A stretch of 63,942 bases of DNA, filler included, from Asterionella formosa (lineage: Eukaryota): assembly GCA_002256025.1 (NCBI GenBank). It is 8 parts of 8 records of this genome, joined end to end, with 100 filler letters (N's around TTAATTAATTAA, not from the genome) between each part and the next. Parts side by side here need not be neighbours in the genome. Positions count along the whole stretch, not along the records: positions 1 to 8,344 come from NKIB01012276.1; positions 8,445 to 16,765 come from NKIB01012278.1; 6 more parts are not named here. One strand, given 5' to 3'. The notes below the pieces were generated by a model. That model was not told the origin of the DNA and did no database searches. It saw only the letters and a program-made list of their open reading frames with translations. Shown here piece after piece: positions 1 to 11,392 of this stretch; position 1 is the stretch's first letter; each line of letters begins with the position of its first letter. The translations under genes and the position numbers were made by a program.

Positions 1-1445
1 GCCCCTCCTCAAACCAGTGCTACTCCCCTGGCCACTAATTTTTGTTTCCATGGCACCGCTATCAACCCTGACAATGGCAAAATTGCTGGATATCGAGAAT
101 TATTGACTTGCAGCACTGCTCCCCTGTTGGCCAAGGCCAATGGCTTATAAATTGGCCGGTTATTTCAGGGCTTGGGACCCCATTCTGACATGCCCACGGG
201 TACTAATTGCTGTTTTTTCATTCATAAGCATGAAATGCCCTCACACAAACGCGCCACTTACATCCGCATTGTGTGTGCCGATCGCCCTGAAAAAACCATT
301 CCCCAACGAGTTCGTTGGACCGCTGGGGGGGATCGCGTCATTTACACTGGAAATGTCAGCACCAAGACTGCTGATCTCACTACTGCAAAATGTTTGTTCA
401 ACAGCACCATCAGTACCCCCAATGGCCGCTTCATGACTCTGGATTTATCTGATTTTTATCTGGAAAGTCATCTTGCACCTGCCGACTATGAATACGTGCG
501 CATCCCTATATGGATGATCCCCCCACACATTCAAACCCTCTACAACCTAGCTCCCAAAATCATTGATGGGCACATCTATGCCGAAATCCGTCGTGGCATG
601 TATGGGCTGCCTCAGGCTGGTAAACTTGCCAATGATCAACTTGCTCAGTTCTTGCTCCCGCATCATTACCTCCCCTGCCCAGTCACCCCTGGCCTATGGA
701 TGGATACCACCAGTGATCTCATGTTCACGCTTGTTGTTGATGATTTTGGTGTACGTTACACCAAACGTAGTGACGTGGACCGTCTCCTCACCGCTTTACG
801 TACCAAATACCAACTCACAACTGATTGGACTGGCTCTCGTTACATTGGCCTTACACTGACGTGGGACTACTAACATCGCACCGTTGACCTCACTATGCCT
901 GGTTACATTGTTCGTGCTCTACAACGATTCACACACACCACCCCAACACACCCACAACATGCCCCCCATGCCTGGACTGCACCTAGTTATGGCGCTTGCC
1001 AGCAATTTGTTGTTTCTGATGTCACACCTGTCCTTGACCTCCATGATAAAACACGTGTGCAAGAGATTCTTGGTACTTTATTGTATTATGCCCGTGCTAT
1101 TGACAGTACTATGTTGCCGGCCCTTGGTACATTGGCTACACAACAAGCAACCCCCACTGTGGCTACCTTGACTGCTATTACTCACCTTCTAAATTATTGT
1201 GCCACTCATCCTGAGGCCACACTTCGCTTTACTGCCAGTGACATGGTCCTCCATGTTGAAAGCGATGCTTCCTATCTCTCTGAAACACGTGGTCGCTCCC
1301 GTGCTGCCGGCATTCACTTTCTCAGCTGTAAACCCTTGTCTCCGCCTAGCCTCACTACGTCCATCCCTCCTCTTAACGGTGCTATTTACGTACACTGTCA
1401 AATTCTCAAGGAGGTTTTATCAAGTGCTGCTGAGGCCGAATTAGA
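1..1445 (+). pseudogene. Ty1/copia (CoDi-like) retrotransposon pol remnant: reverse transcriptase and partial RNase H
   Basis: ORFs 172-873 and 895-1491 contain the copia RT motifs 'GMYGLPQAG' and 'LVVDDFGV' and the RNase H start 'VESDASY...LSSAAEAEL'. There is an in-frame stop at 871-873, and RNase H is truncated at about 1445. Confidence 0.92.
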
Positions 1446-1583
1446 TGTTGATGCGCCCGCACTATCTCCATTGCCCTCCATCCCTCCCTAGTCCTCCTAA
1501 CTATTATGCGTGCTTGGCTTCCGATGCTGATCTCATCTCCACCCCAGCTCCTGCTCTTCTGCCTGAATCTGTTGGTGAGGGTG

Positions 1584-1750
1584 TGTTATTATCTGCATAT
1601 GATGCTCCATACATGCGCCGTACGAACCATACCGGCGCAGCCACCAGATTAGGTACATGCATGAGTGTTAACAACGATGTACTCGAAGCAGCAATAGAAT
1701 AGTCATAATATTGTAGTTTACCTTTATTCATGACAAGGTTCCCCTCAACA
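1584..1750 (+). mobile_element. Probable 3' LTR of the copia element
   Basis: A purine tract GGTGAGGG (1574-1581) is followed by TG and then TGTT...AACA termini. The second LTR is not visible. Confidence 0.6.
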
Positions 1751-1834
1751 AGAGTATCTCTTGTATTGTACAACGGTATTTCCTTTCTGCCCACCATGTA
1801 AAAAGCCTTTGAAAATGTGCATATTCAGTACCCG

Positions 1835-1965
1835 TACCGTTAAACCCCGAAGTAGTGTTTTGTAGACCTGAATCTACACAGCCAGCCACAACTGATTTTA
1901 GTTAGAGGGGAGTACAAGACATTGGCCCGTTTTTGATCATCCAACATCATGAAAAAATCAACTCA
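1835..1965 (+). mobile_element. Degenerate left end of the pogo-like family at 11048
   Basis: Shares 'tacacagcca..actgatttta.ttagaggggagtacaagacattgg' with 11080-11160. Confidence 0.7.
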
Positions 1966-1966
1966 A

Positions 1967-2100
1967 GGTTGCAGCCCTAGTTTGGAGAAAACGTCGCTAG
2001 GGTTGTAAAATCGGCATGGAACAGGGAGTTTGCTGCTATGAGTTCCCATGATTCAAGTGTCCATTTGAATATTTGAATTAAATAGGAGTCGGCGCCAGAT
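1967..2100 (+). mobile_element. Fragment of the Kolobok-like element terminus
   Basis: 'ggttgcagccctagtttggagaaaa...ctagggttgtaaaat...ttcccatgat.caagt...tttgaatattt...ggcgcca' matches the reverse complement of 49345-49489. Confidence 0.7.
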
Positions 2101-2635
2101 AAATAGAGTCCCATTTTAAACAAACAAAAATGATATTTAAACGTTCATACTATATCTACGTTGCTGCATGTAGACATAATTTTGTTCCACACCAAAACAC
2201 ATAAATGTAGCTGCCTCTCTCACATTGAAAAATCGCTTAAGTGATGGTGTACATGGTGGCAGAACAGCCGATGAATGAAAACAGAGCATACATAGTTAAT
2301 AATCACATAATTGCATGCACCATACCAAAGCATAATCATGATTATTATTTCGCGTGCTTTGACTCAAATGACTCAATTATAGTCCCGTTGTTATGGAAAT
2401 GGCAGATTCCTCAACCCATGAGGTCTCGTTTTGCAATCTCTCCATCGGAAGTACTCCACAACAAGCCCTGCTATCGATTGTGACAAACGCGCCGATTGGA
2501 ACTGGTCAGGACAATCAACAATTGAAAGTCGCGTACGGCTTTTTGAACAATAAGCGATTTTCTGTCTTGACTTTTTTAGTCGCGGAAAATGTCGAAAAAT
2601 TCCTCGATACACGGGGGTTGGGCAATCTAAATTAT

Positions 2636-2845
2636 GGTTTCTGCATTTGAAATGATCCTAGGGAAAAACTAAAATATTGCGCAGGGTTTTGCGGAAATTC
2701 CCTAGAACTGGGAATGTTCATCTGCTATTATGAATATCAATGATTATGATTGAAAGATTTAAATCAGCCAGCGGAACAAGTTTGCGCACATGTACATAGA
2801 TTCCTCATTGTATTCGCCAACTATATGTCTATACATTCTCCATCA

Positions 2846-2876
<31 letters not shown>

Positions 2877-3470
2877 GCACATTCTGCCATTTTTTCACGG
2901 AATAGTGCATTCTACTGGCAAGAAAATGTTCCATGTGTTTTCAATATGGCCGTCATGGGTTAACTTGCAAAACTTCGCAAACTGGGCCAACCAAATGAAG
3001 GTAAGTAATTCACTGCAACCAATCCTCAGAATCTAAATAATGCAGCAGGCACTTACAATCGAAGTTTGTGTACAGGAAATTCTACTGCTACTAATTTTTT
3101 TAGCACAATAATACTATTTCGATGATGACGTTTCGGCGCTTAGTGATTCTGATGCCGACATGTTGGAGACATTTGAAAAGGCCGATTTTGTCCAATTTTC
3201 GGACGATAATTACTTAATGTTGGCTGGGTTTAAAGGTCTATTAATTACATATGTGATCTTCATATAGCCACAGAAATAAACCTCTGGCAAGAAAGTGAAG
3301 AAAAGAACCTCCCGATACTATTTATACAAGCACCACCATATGCCAAATAAACCGGCCGCTAGGCCCTGCTGTAAAGTCTATTCTTTTCATCATTGTAAGA
3401 AGGCAATGTTTCTTCCTGCACTTTCTTGCCAGATCCTATCCCCTGACGATATCTAGAGTTGTCCTACTAT
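2636..3470 (+). mobile_element. Non-autonomous Kolobok-like element, copy A (degenerate, right end lost)
   Basis: Collinear similarity to 32638-33583 and 8684-9740. Begins GGTTTCTGCATTTGAA after TTAT and contains the internal hairpin at about 3283-3432. Confidence 0.75.
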
Positions 3471-4329
3471 ACACATGCAGCCTGCGCTGTAGTCAATGTT
3501 TGTAAAAGCCTGGTTGTTTTAGCCTGTTTTCTAGAGGTAACTTCGTTTTTGAGTTTCTCCGAAAATATAGATTAGCTTTCCAACAAATGTCTATAGCACT
3601 TTATGTTAATCCTTGCATATTATGGAAGAATTTGCTATTGAGATACCCCTTTAGCACTATGAGGCACTAGAAAACCACTAGCAATGTTAAATCAATCAGC
3701 TGATTGACAATGGTGGTGCTTTTGGTGTTGTCAGTGAGCTAATAAAGAGGTTTAATGATAACAATCAATAGGAATTACTGATTAGATCAACACTATGTTT
3801 AAGGGCACCTTGACAAAACTGAGGGATCTATAGGCCATTTGCTAGGCGATTTGCATGCCCTAGAATTTCAAATATTGATCTCCAAACAAACAAAAACTAA
3901 GAACCACCAATAGAAATTTCCCATTTGTTGCTTCCCTCGAACCTTCTGATTTATGCATTGCTTGAAACGCTCACCCTTACCAACCGATTCCTTGTCTTGT
4001 CGATGTCTGACTTAAAAGAGACTTGTTGACTTTATTTATACCGGTTTTCTTTCAAGTCAACCCATTTCCCATATCTTCGTTTTTGCTGCTTCCACAAGAA
4101 AGAGGAGGAATGAAAATGGACAACTGAATGAGATTCTGGTGGTGGACAAAGATGAGCTACAATATCCGGTCTGCTGCTTGTCACTTATCGTTAGACGATG
4201 TCTCTGTTTGCTTGCCTCATCAGGGAAAACGTGTACACTTCCCTCAGCTCCAAGCGGCTACTACCTAAACATTCGTCTGTAAATAAAATTATCATGAATA
4301 TAGGATCAAGGGTATTGTACGCTAAGTGT

Positions 4330-6560
4330 CACAGGATTTTTACTTAAATGACAGTTTTTCGATCAAAAATATGATCAATGTATCATATAATTATGATCAT
4401 GCAGTAAACTTTTACCAAGCTTGAAGTATGATGATACTATCATATTTATAATACCAGTGCATCATATAAATAGTTAAACATGGTCATATGATGTGTATAC
4501 TTTTGTCATACATCTATCTTAGCATGATCGTAATTCTCATCGATATCACTGCCTAAAATAGGATGAAATTGATCGAAATTTAGAACTATATTTAGCTAAG
4601 AATGGTTTTATGTTTCTATATCTTGAGTGGCTACAGAATTTTCTACAATTCTCTCATCGCAATGATTGGTGCTTTCACTTCTATCCTCTCCCCGATCCAA
4701 TTCTGAAGGTTGTTGTACTGGTTGCCTTGCCGTTGTTCCCCTGCCTGCTTTGTTCCATTTACTCCTGACGGTTCTGAGTTTGCATTCACGCATTTTCCTA
4801 TTACTATTGAATCCGTTTCTTTGTTCCAATCAGCCGTACTAACAAAGAGAAGCAATTCATTGTTAGCTGTTCATGTTTTGCTTACACAACAACATTAGTT
4901 TCGTTTCTATCTTGCTTTAGTAACTGATGCATATTTCTGTAGAAGAATGTGTCAGTCGAAGATTGAATGAGAAGCAAAGTATCGATCAATAAATGGGCTC
5001 CAACACTGCTGTTTGTAAATTACAATTACTTTTTGTCTGCCATTATCCTGAAAGAAGCAACACTAATGTGTCAGTTTTTCTAACAGTTGTGGATTGATCC
5101 AAAGATGGCTGATAGCACTTACCGATTTCTTTTGTCCACATTGATGGTTGGCCAGCCACCAAATCGAAAAGGAGCTATTGAATCACTGAAAGGGGACGAG
5201 TAATTCCGTATTTCTAATCCAAGCAATTGATCATCTTGGAATTTTCTCTTGACAAACCGTGATGCTATGCACAGCTTGTTGATTCCGCCCTTCTCCATCA
5301 TATTCACTCATTCTTAGCTGCCTGGTGTATCATTGTGCTGTATTGTCACTTCAGTTTTTCGCATCATGTGTTGCTTGGGATCCTTCATTTCAGGAAGTGG
5401 ATGCATGAAAGGAACATGAAAGGCATTGTCTCTTGACTTACCATCAATTGATTCCGCCCTTCTCTTCTAAGCTGCAAGTATCATTGTGCTTTATTATCAC
5501 TTTCGTTTTCCGCGCCATCATGTGTGATGATCCTTCATTTCAGGAGCAAAGTGTATGCATGATGCCATGAATACATATATATATAAAGATTTGTAAAAAG
5601 TTTAAATTTATATATGGTTGAACATTTGCATAGTTTTAAACACACTAATCATACGGTCCATCCTGTGTCTACTAACATCAATTTTGATTATACAAAATTC
5701 AAATATATACTACAATGCATGATGAGTTCCCAGTTTTCCACGACCTGTTGAATTTTTTCAATTTGTTTTGTGACAATTCTTGTACTCTAACTACAAGTCA
5801 GTGGCTGATTTAATTAAGCCCCCTATTAAACGGTAGTCATCACCAATTTTTCAAATGGTCGAAATCATACATTTATGCATATAGACGTATTGACCAAAAT
5901 TCACATGGCCTACCGATAGTACTGTATACTTGCTGGGAATTATTTCTATCATTGAAATGCCACAATAGTGCAGCGGAAAACTGAATATGCTTATGTGTTT
6001 AGTAGGATCATTTGATAATATTTTTAAGATCAATTGATCCTGATTCTTGAAAAGAAATTTTGATCTTTCATTTTCTTATCAATCAATTCTCCAGTGACAG
6101 ACCGGAAAAATTTGTCTTGTGTGATGAGGCATTTTGTTTTCATTGGATTTCTTTTCAAGCTCTTAACGGATTGCATACGAACATAATGTGCAATGTAGAT
6201 GATGATTCATCGAAGACATATGATGACTTGAACGACAAATGAAGATTTCATCACAAACACTTGTTCCTCTCCACATGGCTGCTTTGTTGTTGTTGCAAGA
6301 ATCAGAGTGAGGACTGGCGAGGATGATGAGCCAAACCACATTACTTTAACTGGTACATTATCCTACCAAGAAATTTAAATAAAGGAAACTAAAAGAAACA
6401 ATACATATAAAAATTAAATTTCCATAGTCAAAAGGGTTACTATTTAAATTACGAGGGCATTTATCACAATTATTAGATGATATAATGAAAAATTATGATC
6501 AGATGATCATAATCTTATGATGCATCGTAGGAATATGATGGTTTTTATTTGCAGACATTA
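4330..6560. repeat. Unclassified dispersed repeat with ATGAT/ATCAT-rich blocks at both ends
   Basis: About 6240-6530 aligns in reverse with about 27180-27480 (e.g. 'tagtcaaaagggttactatttaaattac'). 4350-4550 resembles the reverse of 28400-28590. Boundaries are approximate. Confidence 0.55.
5280..5562. repeat. Diverged tandem duplication with a unit of about 170 bp
   Basis: 'gattccgcccttctc...gtatcattgtgct...gatccttcatttcagga...atgcatga' occurs at about 5281 and about 5450. Confidence 0.8.
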
Positions 6561-6900
6561 CAATCATCTTGTGTGATGTTACAAGACAAGACAACAACTG
6601 ATCAAGAAGAAAAGCGAGAGGACAAGGATGACAATGCCCAAAATGTGAGCTGTATGTTATAATGTAATATTTGTATTGTCAATTGTACTAACTTCATCAT
6701 ATCTATGAAGGTTGCTAAATAAAAATTATCAATCAATTCTTAGAGTACGTTAAAGCTATCCAATAATCGCACTCATGCCCAAATAAATGAATACATGGAC
6801 ACAATTAGTACCAGCTTTATTCGTCCGTACGGTACAATGGGACCTGTCTTTTCTTCAGCCGCAGCCCCTGGAATCCTAGGGACTACATGAAAAAGGCAGG

Positions 6901-6968
6901 TGGGGAATGCAGGAATCAAACCTGCCACCGCATCACCAGGAGTGCTAACCACTAAGCCATTCTTCCCC
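6901..6968 (-). ncRNA. tRNA-like Pol III unit (tRNA pseudogene or SINE-like head) without a canonical anticodon arm
   Basis: The minus strand reads GGGGAA..TGGCTTAGTGG (A box)..GCAGG-TTTGATT-CCTGC (T arm and B box, one mismatch)..TTCCCCA (acceptor stem). TTTTT follows at 6894-6890. Confidence 0.6.
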
Positions 6969-7023
6969 TACGAAGGGTTCTAAATACAATGAATCTCCTA
7001 CATTATGAAATCATGGCGATTTG

Positions 7024-7150
7024 CGATTTTCGACTTCTTCATCTCTTAGTGAATCTTGGCAGCATTCCAGACTTTAGCTTTCTCAAATGAAAAAAGCTGA
7101 AGTTTGGAATGCTGCCATAATTTGCTGAGAGATGAAGAAAATAAAAATCG
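7024..7150 (+). repeat. Long imperfect inverted repeat (47-bp core stem)
   Basis: 7035-7081 pairs with 7093-7139, with 7 non-Watson-Crick positions. Confidence 0.9.
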
Positions 7151-7584
7151 AAATGAGAGTAATTGACCCCTCATCCTCATTTTGCTTTGGTTGATTGGCA
7201 TCACGAGACAACATTATTTCATCTAAAAAATGTAAGACTGATAAGGATTCTTTTTGCAATGATTTTCAATTGCTCATTTTATCAACAAACATTCGAAGCC
7301 CAAAAGGTTGCATGTCCATGCTTTGACCAATGACTGTTTCTAAGCACATGGAAAGGATGTCCAATGATGAAAGCTCCTAGTAGCAATATATTATTTAGAC
7401 CTGAAAAGTAATTGTTTGATTTGTCTGAATTAATAGAATTGCCTTTAAGCCTAGTAAGAGCCAGGGGTTCAAAATTGCTGATATCAGGTAGTCCTACTCC
7501 GGAGTACTTACTTAGTTTGTATAAGTACCCTATAATAACCTATTACAGTTTACACTTGGTATAGAATATCCATTCGTCAGTCTG

Positions 7585-8344
7585 TTATGGGCAGCAGGTC
7601 AGCCATCAGTTCAGTTCAACAGGACAAAGTACCAGGATTTGACCCAAACCAAATGTCACTTTCAATGTGAATCAATTCCATGACCAAGCTGCTGACCATT
7701 GGCGCAGCCGTAATGATATCCTCCACAATGGTATTGGTCTCCTTGCTGAAGTCACCAAATATTATCGGGTTTCCCATTCCTACTCGATTATCAACCTTTT
7801 GACAGCATGGGATAATCTCTTCCAGAAGGATAAAGAGACACCCCTCCAACTTTCATTTCGTACCCGTGAACTTGTTTCAAAGGTAGCTGATGCTGGCCAA
7901 TTATTCACAGAACCATTCATTTGTTATCGTTTTCTATTGGCTCTTGGTCCTGCCTTTCATGCCTTTGTCCAACCTTACCTCTTACTCCAGAAGGACATCA
8001 CCACCATGACCCTGGTCACACTGACTGCTTCTGCCAAGACATACACTGACACCCCTGGGTTTGACTCCTCCAAGATGGCTCACACAGGTCACCGTTCTGC
8101 TGCTCCTTCCTCCTCTGATTCCTCCTCACCCTCCCCAACCGCATGGATTGGGTCTACTTCCTTCAATACCTCCCAGGCCAGGGCTATGCAGCAATTCAAA
8201 TGCCCCATTCATCGCTGCAATCATCATGACCTTGCTGCATGTAGTCTGGTTACCTCCCGCTTCTCCATTGTTCCCAAACCTCTCTCTTCCTCTGGTGGTG
8301 GTCCCCCCTCCACCACCCCATGCCCCATCCCATCCTCCTCTACC
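7585..8344 (+). mobile_element. Copia-type gag region (5' part of an LTR retrotransposon), cut by the contig end
   Basis: PBS-like GTTATGGGC at about 7584. ORF 7667-8344 has a gag-like 'QKDKETPLQLSFRTRELVSKV...RFLLALGPAF' stretch and a CxxHx4Hx4C knuckle 'CPIHRCNHHDLAAC'. Confidence 0.6.
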
Positions 8345-8444
8345 NNNNNNNNNNNNNNNNNNNNNNNNNNNNNNNNNNNNNNNNNNNNTTAATTAATTAA
8401 NNNNNNNNNNNNNNNNNNNNNNNNNNNNNNNNNNNNNNNNNNNN
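8345..8444. other. Artificial contig-joining linker (N44-TTAATTAATTAA-N44). Also at 16766-16865, 25179-25278, 33584-33683, 41982-42081, 50373-50472 and 58765-58864
   Basis: The same 100-nt construct, with stops in all six frames, recurs every ~8.4 kb. Confidence 0.98.
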
Positions 8445-8683
8445 GTTCCTTCACAACATGCTGGACTTCTCCATGTGAAGAGTCAGAGTCCCGTGCTCGT
8501 TCTTCCTCCTTTGCTTCATCTGCAAAAGGCAAGCTGGCATCAATACCCTTCTTTTGGGCAGTGGGAGAAGGTTTGTGTGCACTTACGTGATCACTTTGGC
8601 TGCCTTTCTTGATATCCTTGCTATCGTCGTTCATAATTCTGATTGAATATTGTGCTTAACGTACAGAATAAGCAATTTTAATA

Positions 8684-9740
8684 AGTTGGAAATTTGCGAT
8701 TACGTACATAGATTCCTTGTCGAAATCGCTAAATATATATATAAACACCCTTTGTCGCTGTATGTATATATACCCTAAAAATACGATTGACATATATGCA
8801 TAGACACTCTGTACTCCGATTAACGATTTTATATGCTATGCATTGAATCCGTTCCTATACATATTTAGATTTTAGATCGCTGTATTCTACAATCGGTTCT
8901 CCGATCGACGACCAAGTATCATGTATACGACCTGGCGGTTCGGCAAATATTTGAAAGTGCACCCAAGGAGCGGTACGCGTACCGGTATGTCCAATGATGA
9001 TCATCTACTGGTACCCGTAGTGAATATAGCACCGGACTGTCAGTACACCCAAAAATATGTTACATGTTAATCCAATGTGGCCAGCGTGGGTTTGCACGAC
9101 CTCGCAAACCAAGCCAATCAAACAGAGGAATGTACTTCATGCTCACCAATCATATTATATATGTGGAAGCGGGTACTTACAATGGAATTTTTTGGACAGG
9201 AGATTTTAGGACTAAAAATTCAGGCACACGACTTCCATTCCAATGATGACGTTTCGGCACTTAATAACTCTGATTCCGATATTTTGGCGACCGTAGAAAA
9301 GACCGATTTTGTCGAGTTTTTGGACGACGATAGCTAAACGTTGGCTGGGTCTGAAGGCGATTTAGATACATAGGTAACTTTCAAATAGCATCAGTATATA
9401 ACTTCTGGCGAGAAACTGTAGAAAGGAACTTGGTTTTTTTACTATGCCAAATAAACAGATTTCCCCCAAAATTTCGAGTCTTTTTAGCCTAGTTAAAAAA
9501 CCGAAGTTCCTTTCTGCAGTTTCTGACCAGATCCTATATACTGACGATATATAGAGTGAACCTACACCCCTACTTTGTCCGAAGACTGTATGTAAGCATA
9601 TGGAAAGGGTGTGTATTGGTGAAAGCTCCGTTGAGCGTTATACATATTTAATTTGAATGTGAAAAGTATGTGTTTGATTAGTCTGACTCAATATTATTTT
9701 ATTAACCCTACCTCGAGCTAGGGGTTCAAATGCAGCAACC
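8684..9740 (+). mobile_element. Non-autonomous Kolobok-like element, copy B (left end missing)
   Basis: Ends ...GGGTTCAAATGCAGCAACC followed by TTAA (9741-9744). Collinear with 32638-33583. Internal hairpin at 9404-9531. Confidence 0.8.
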
Positions 9741-9744
9741 TTAA

Positions 9745-10425
9745 GTAGTCTCGTCTATCCATCCCAATTCTATCCAAACATTCTGTAAAGACTGAATCGT
9801 ATGCAGGATTACCAGATCTAAGTAGAGCAGGATGACCCTTGTGGGTACTGCATCCCAAATACCACTCATCAAAGGGCATATCACGACAATCCTGACAAGC
9901 CTGTATGTAGTTACCAGTTTGATTGTGAGCTTTGTGAATGCGCCATACTGCAGTACGAAATCCCTTACGCTTTTCAGGGGCATTCCAATCCCCACGACAT
10001 TTTATAGGATGCCCAGTGACATCAAGCACTTCCTTTCCACCAAGATCCAATAATGTCATACTTGATGCATTGTATTTCCACCATACATACATTACAAGGG
10101 ATTCTACCTTCATCGATGGACAGTTTGCAGGACATTTGTCCCTAAGCATCAACAGTGACTCATAATCACCAATCAACTTGAAGAATTTTGTAAGACCACA
10201 AAAGTGAACCTCATAGCTTATCTCTGTACGATACCGGAGTGCACTTATAAAAGTCAATTTTGCCAAACGTCGGTCAACAGATGTCTTTTTCAATTTGTCC
10301 AAAGCATTCAGAATTCCTTGGGCTACTTTATCTTCAATATCTGCTGGTATATCTTTGGCATATATGACATCCCGAGGTAGATTGGCAAGCTTTTTAGTCT
10401 AACCGCGTGTATTCTTCTTACTCAT
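9745..10425 (-). pseudogene. N-terminal part of a putative tyrosine-recombinase (Crypton-like) transposon ORF
   Basis: ATG at 10425 (MSKKN..), then an early stop and frameshift, then 'IGDYESLLML..CPSM..C.G.W..P..F.TAV..IH..CQDC..GC..H..R.GNP'. I recall this pattern from stramenopile YR-element proteins. The catalytic domain is not present. A second copy of the 5' region lies at 31125-31475. Confidence 0.5.
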
Positions 10426-10605
10426 TCTGACAATTCAAGTATATGGATGTGAAATCGGCAACTTATGTGAACAAATTATTCAACAAATATTAGCAGACAG
10501 TTATTTTGAGGATCACATGTATTCCTATACAGTTATGTATATTAATATAGTTGCACAGATTTGATATACCGGTAGTCTGGTGCAATTCAGGTTACTCTAA
10601 GTAAA

Positions 10606-10650
10606 GTGGTGCAATTGGTGGTGCAATTGTGGTGCAATGGTGGTGCAAAT
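10606..10650. repeat. GTGGTGCAA(T) short tandem array upstream of the putative YR ORF
   Basis: Four copies here, and three in reverse at 31208-31238. Confidence 0.8.
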
Positions 10651-11392
10651 GCCGATGGGCAGTTGAATTTACTACCGTAATAGTTTTCCCTGTTTCATCC
10701 TGTTTTGGGAAAAGTCCCGGTAGTCTACCAGCAAGTTGCGGTCATTTTGCTTAGTAAGGTTCCTGCATTTCAACCCTTAATTAGAGGTAGGGTTAAAGAT
10801 ATAATATTGAGTCAGAGTATTCAAACATGACACACACTTCTTATGACTAAAACATAAACGTGTATCGCTAAACGGAGCTTTCACCAATATACACCCTTAC
10901 CATATGCTTAGATACCTGGTACCTGGTACCCGGTACAGTCATTGACAAAAGTACGTACAGGTCAATGTACGGGCAAATTTCCACTGATTTGAATATTTCA
11001 AAAGCAGGGAAACATGTCATTCAAAAATAGCTCCTATAAATTCTTACCCGTAAAACCTGGTGTCTCGTACCCCTCAATGTACACAGCCACGACTGATTTT
11101 ACTTAGAGGGGAGTACAAGACATTGGAACTTTTTTGATTGTCAAACTTTATGAAAAAACCCCAACTTCGCCACCGTTTTCTCCATAGTCTAAAACATAAA
11201 TAGCAACATTAAAAGATATATTGTTTTAGGTTCAATCGGCTTCTAGAATCAATTGAATTTCTATTTTTGGAGCACTGGCGCGCCCGAATTTCGTCATGAC
11301 TTCAACAGAAATTTCTAGAGTGTATACAATTTGTACCTGATTCTACGATGTAATAAATTGTGTAGGTTCTACAAACCTAATCGTGATAGAAA

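Noticed and set aside
7477..7579. 5' LTR of the gag-bearing element
   Set aside because: TG...CA ends are plausible, but no partner LTR or TSD is visible.
8389..8400. TTAATTAATTAA recurring every ~8.4 kb as a periodic biological motif or TTAA target
   Set aside because: It is always embedded in runs of N. It is a six-frame-stop assembly linker.
8445..8634. Partial minus-strand ORF at the contig edge
   Set aside because: Only 63 low-complexity residues are visible, so it cannot be assigned.
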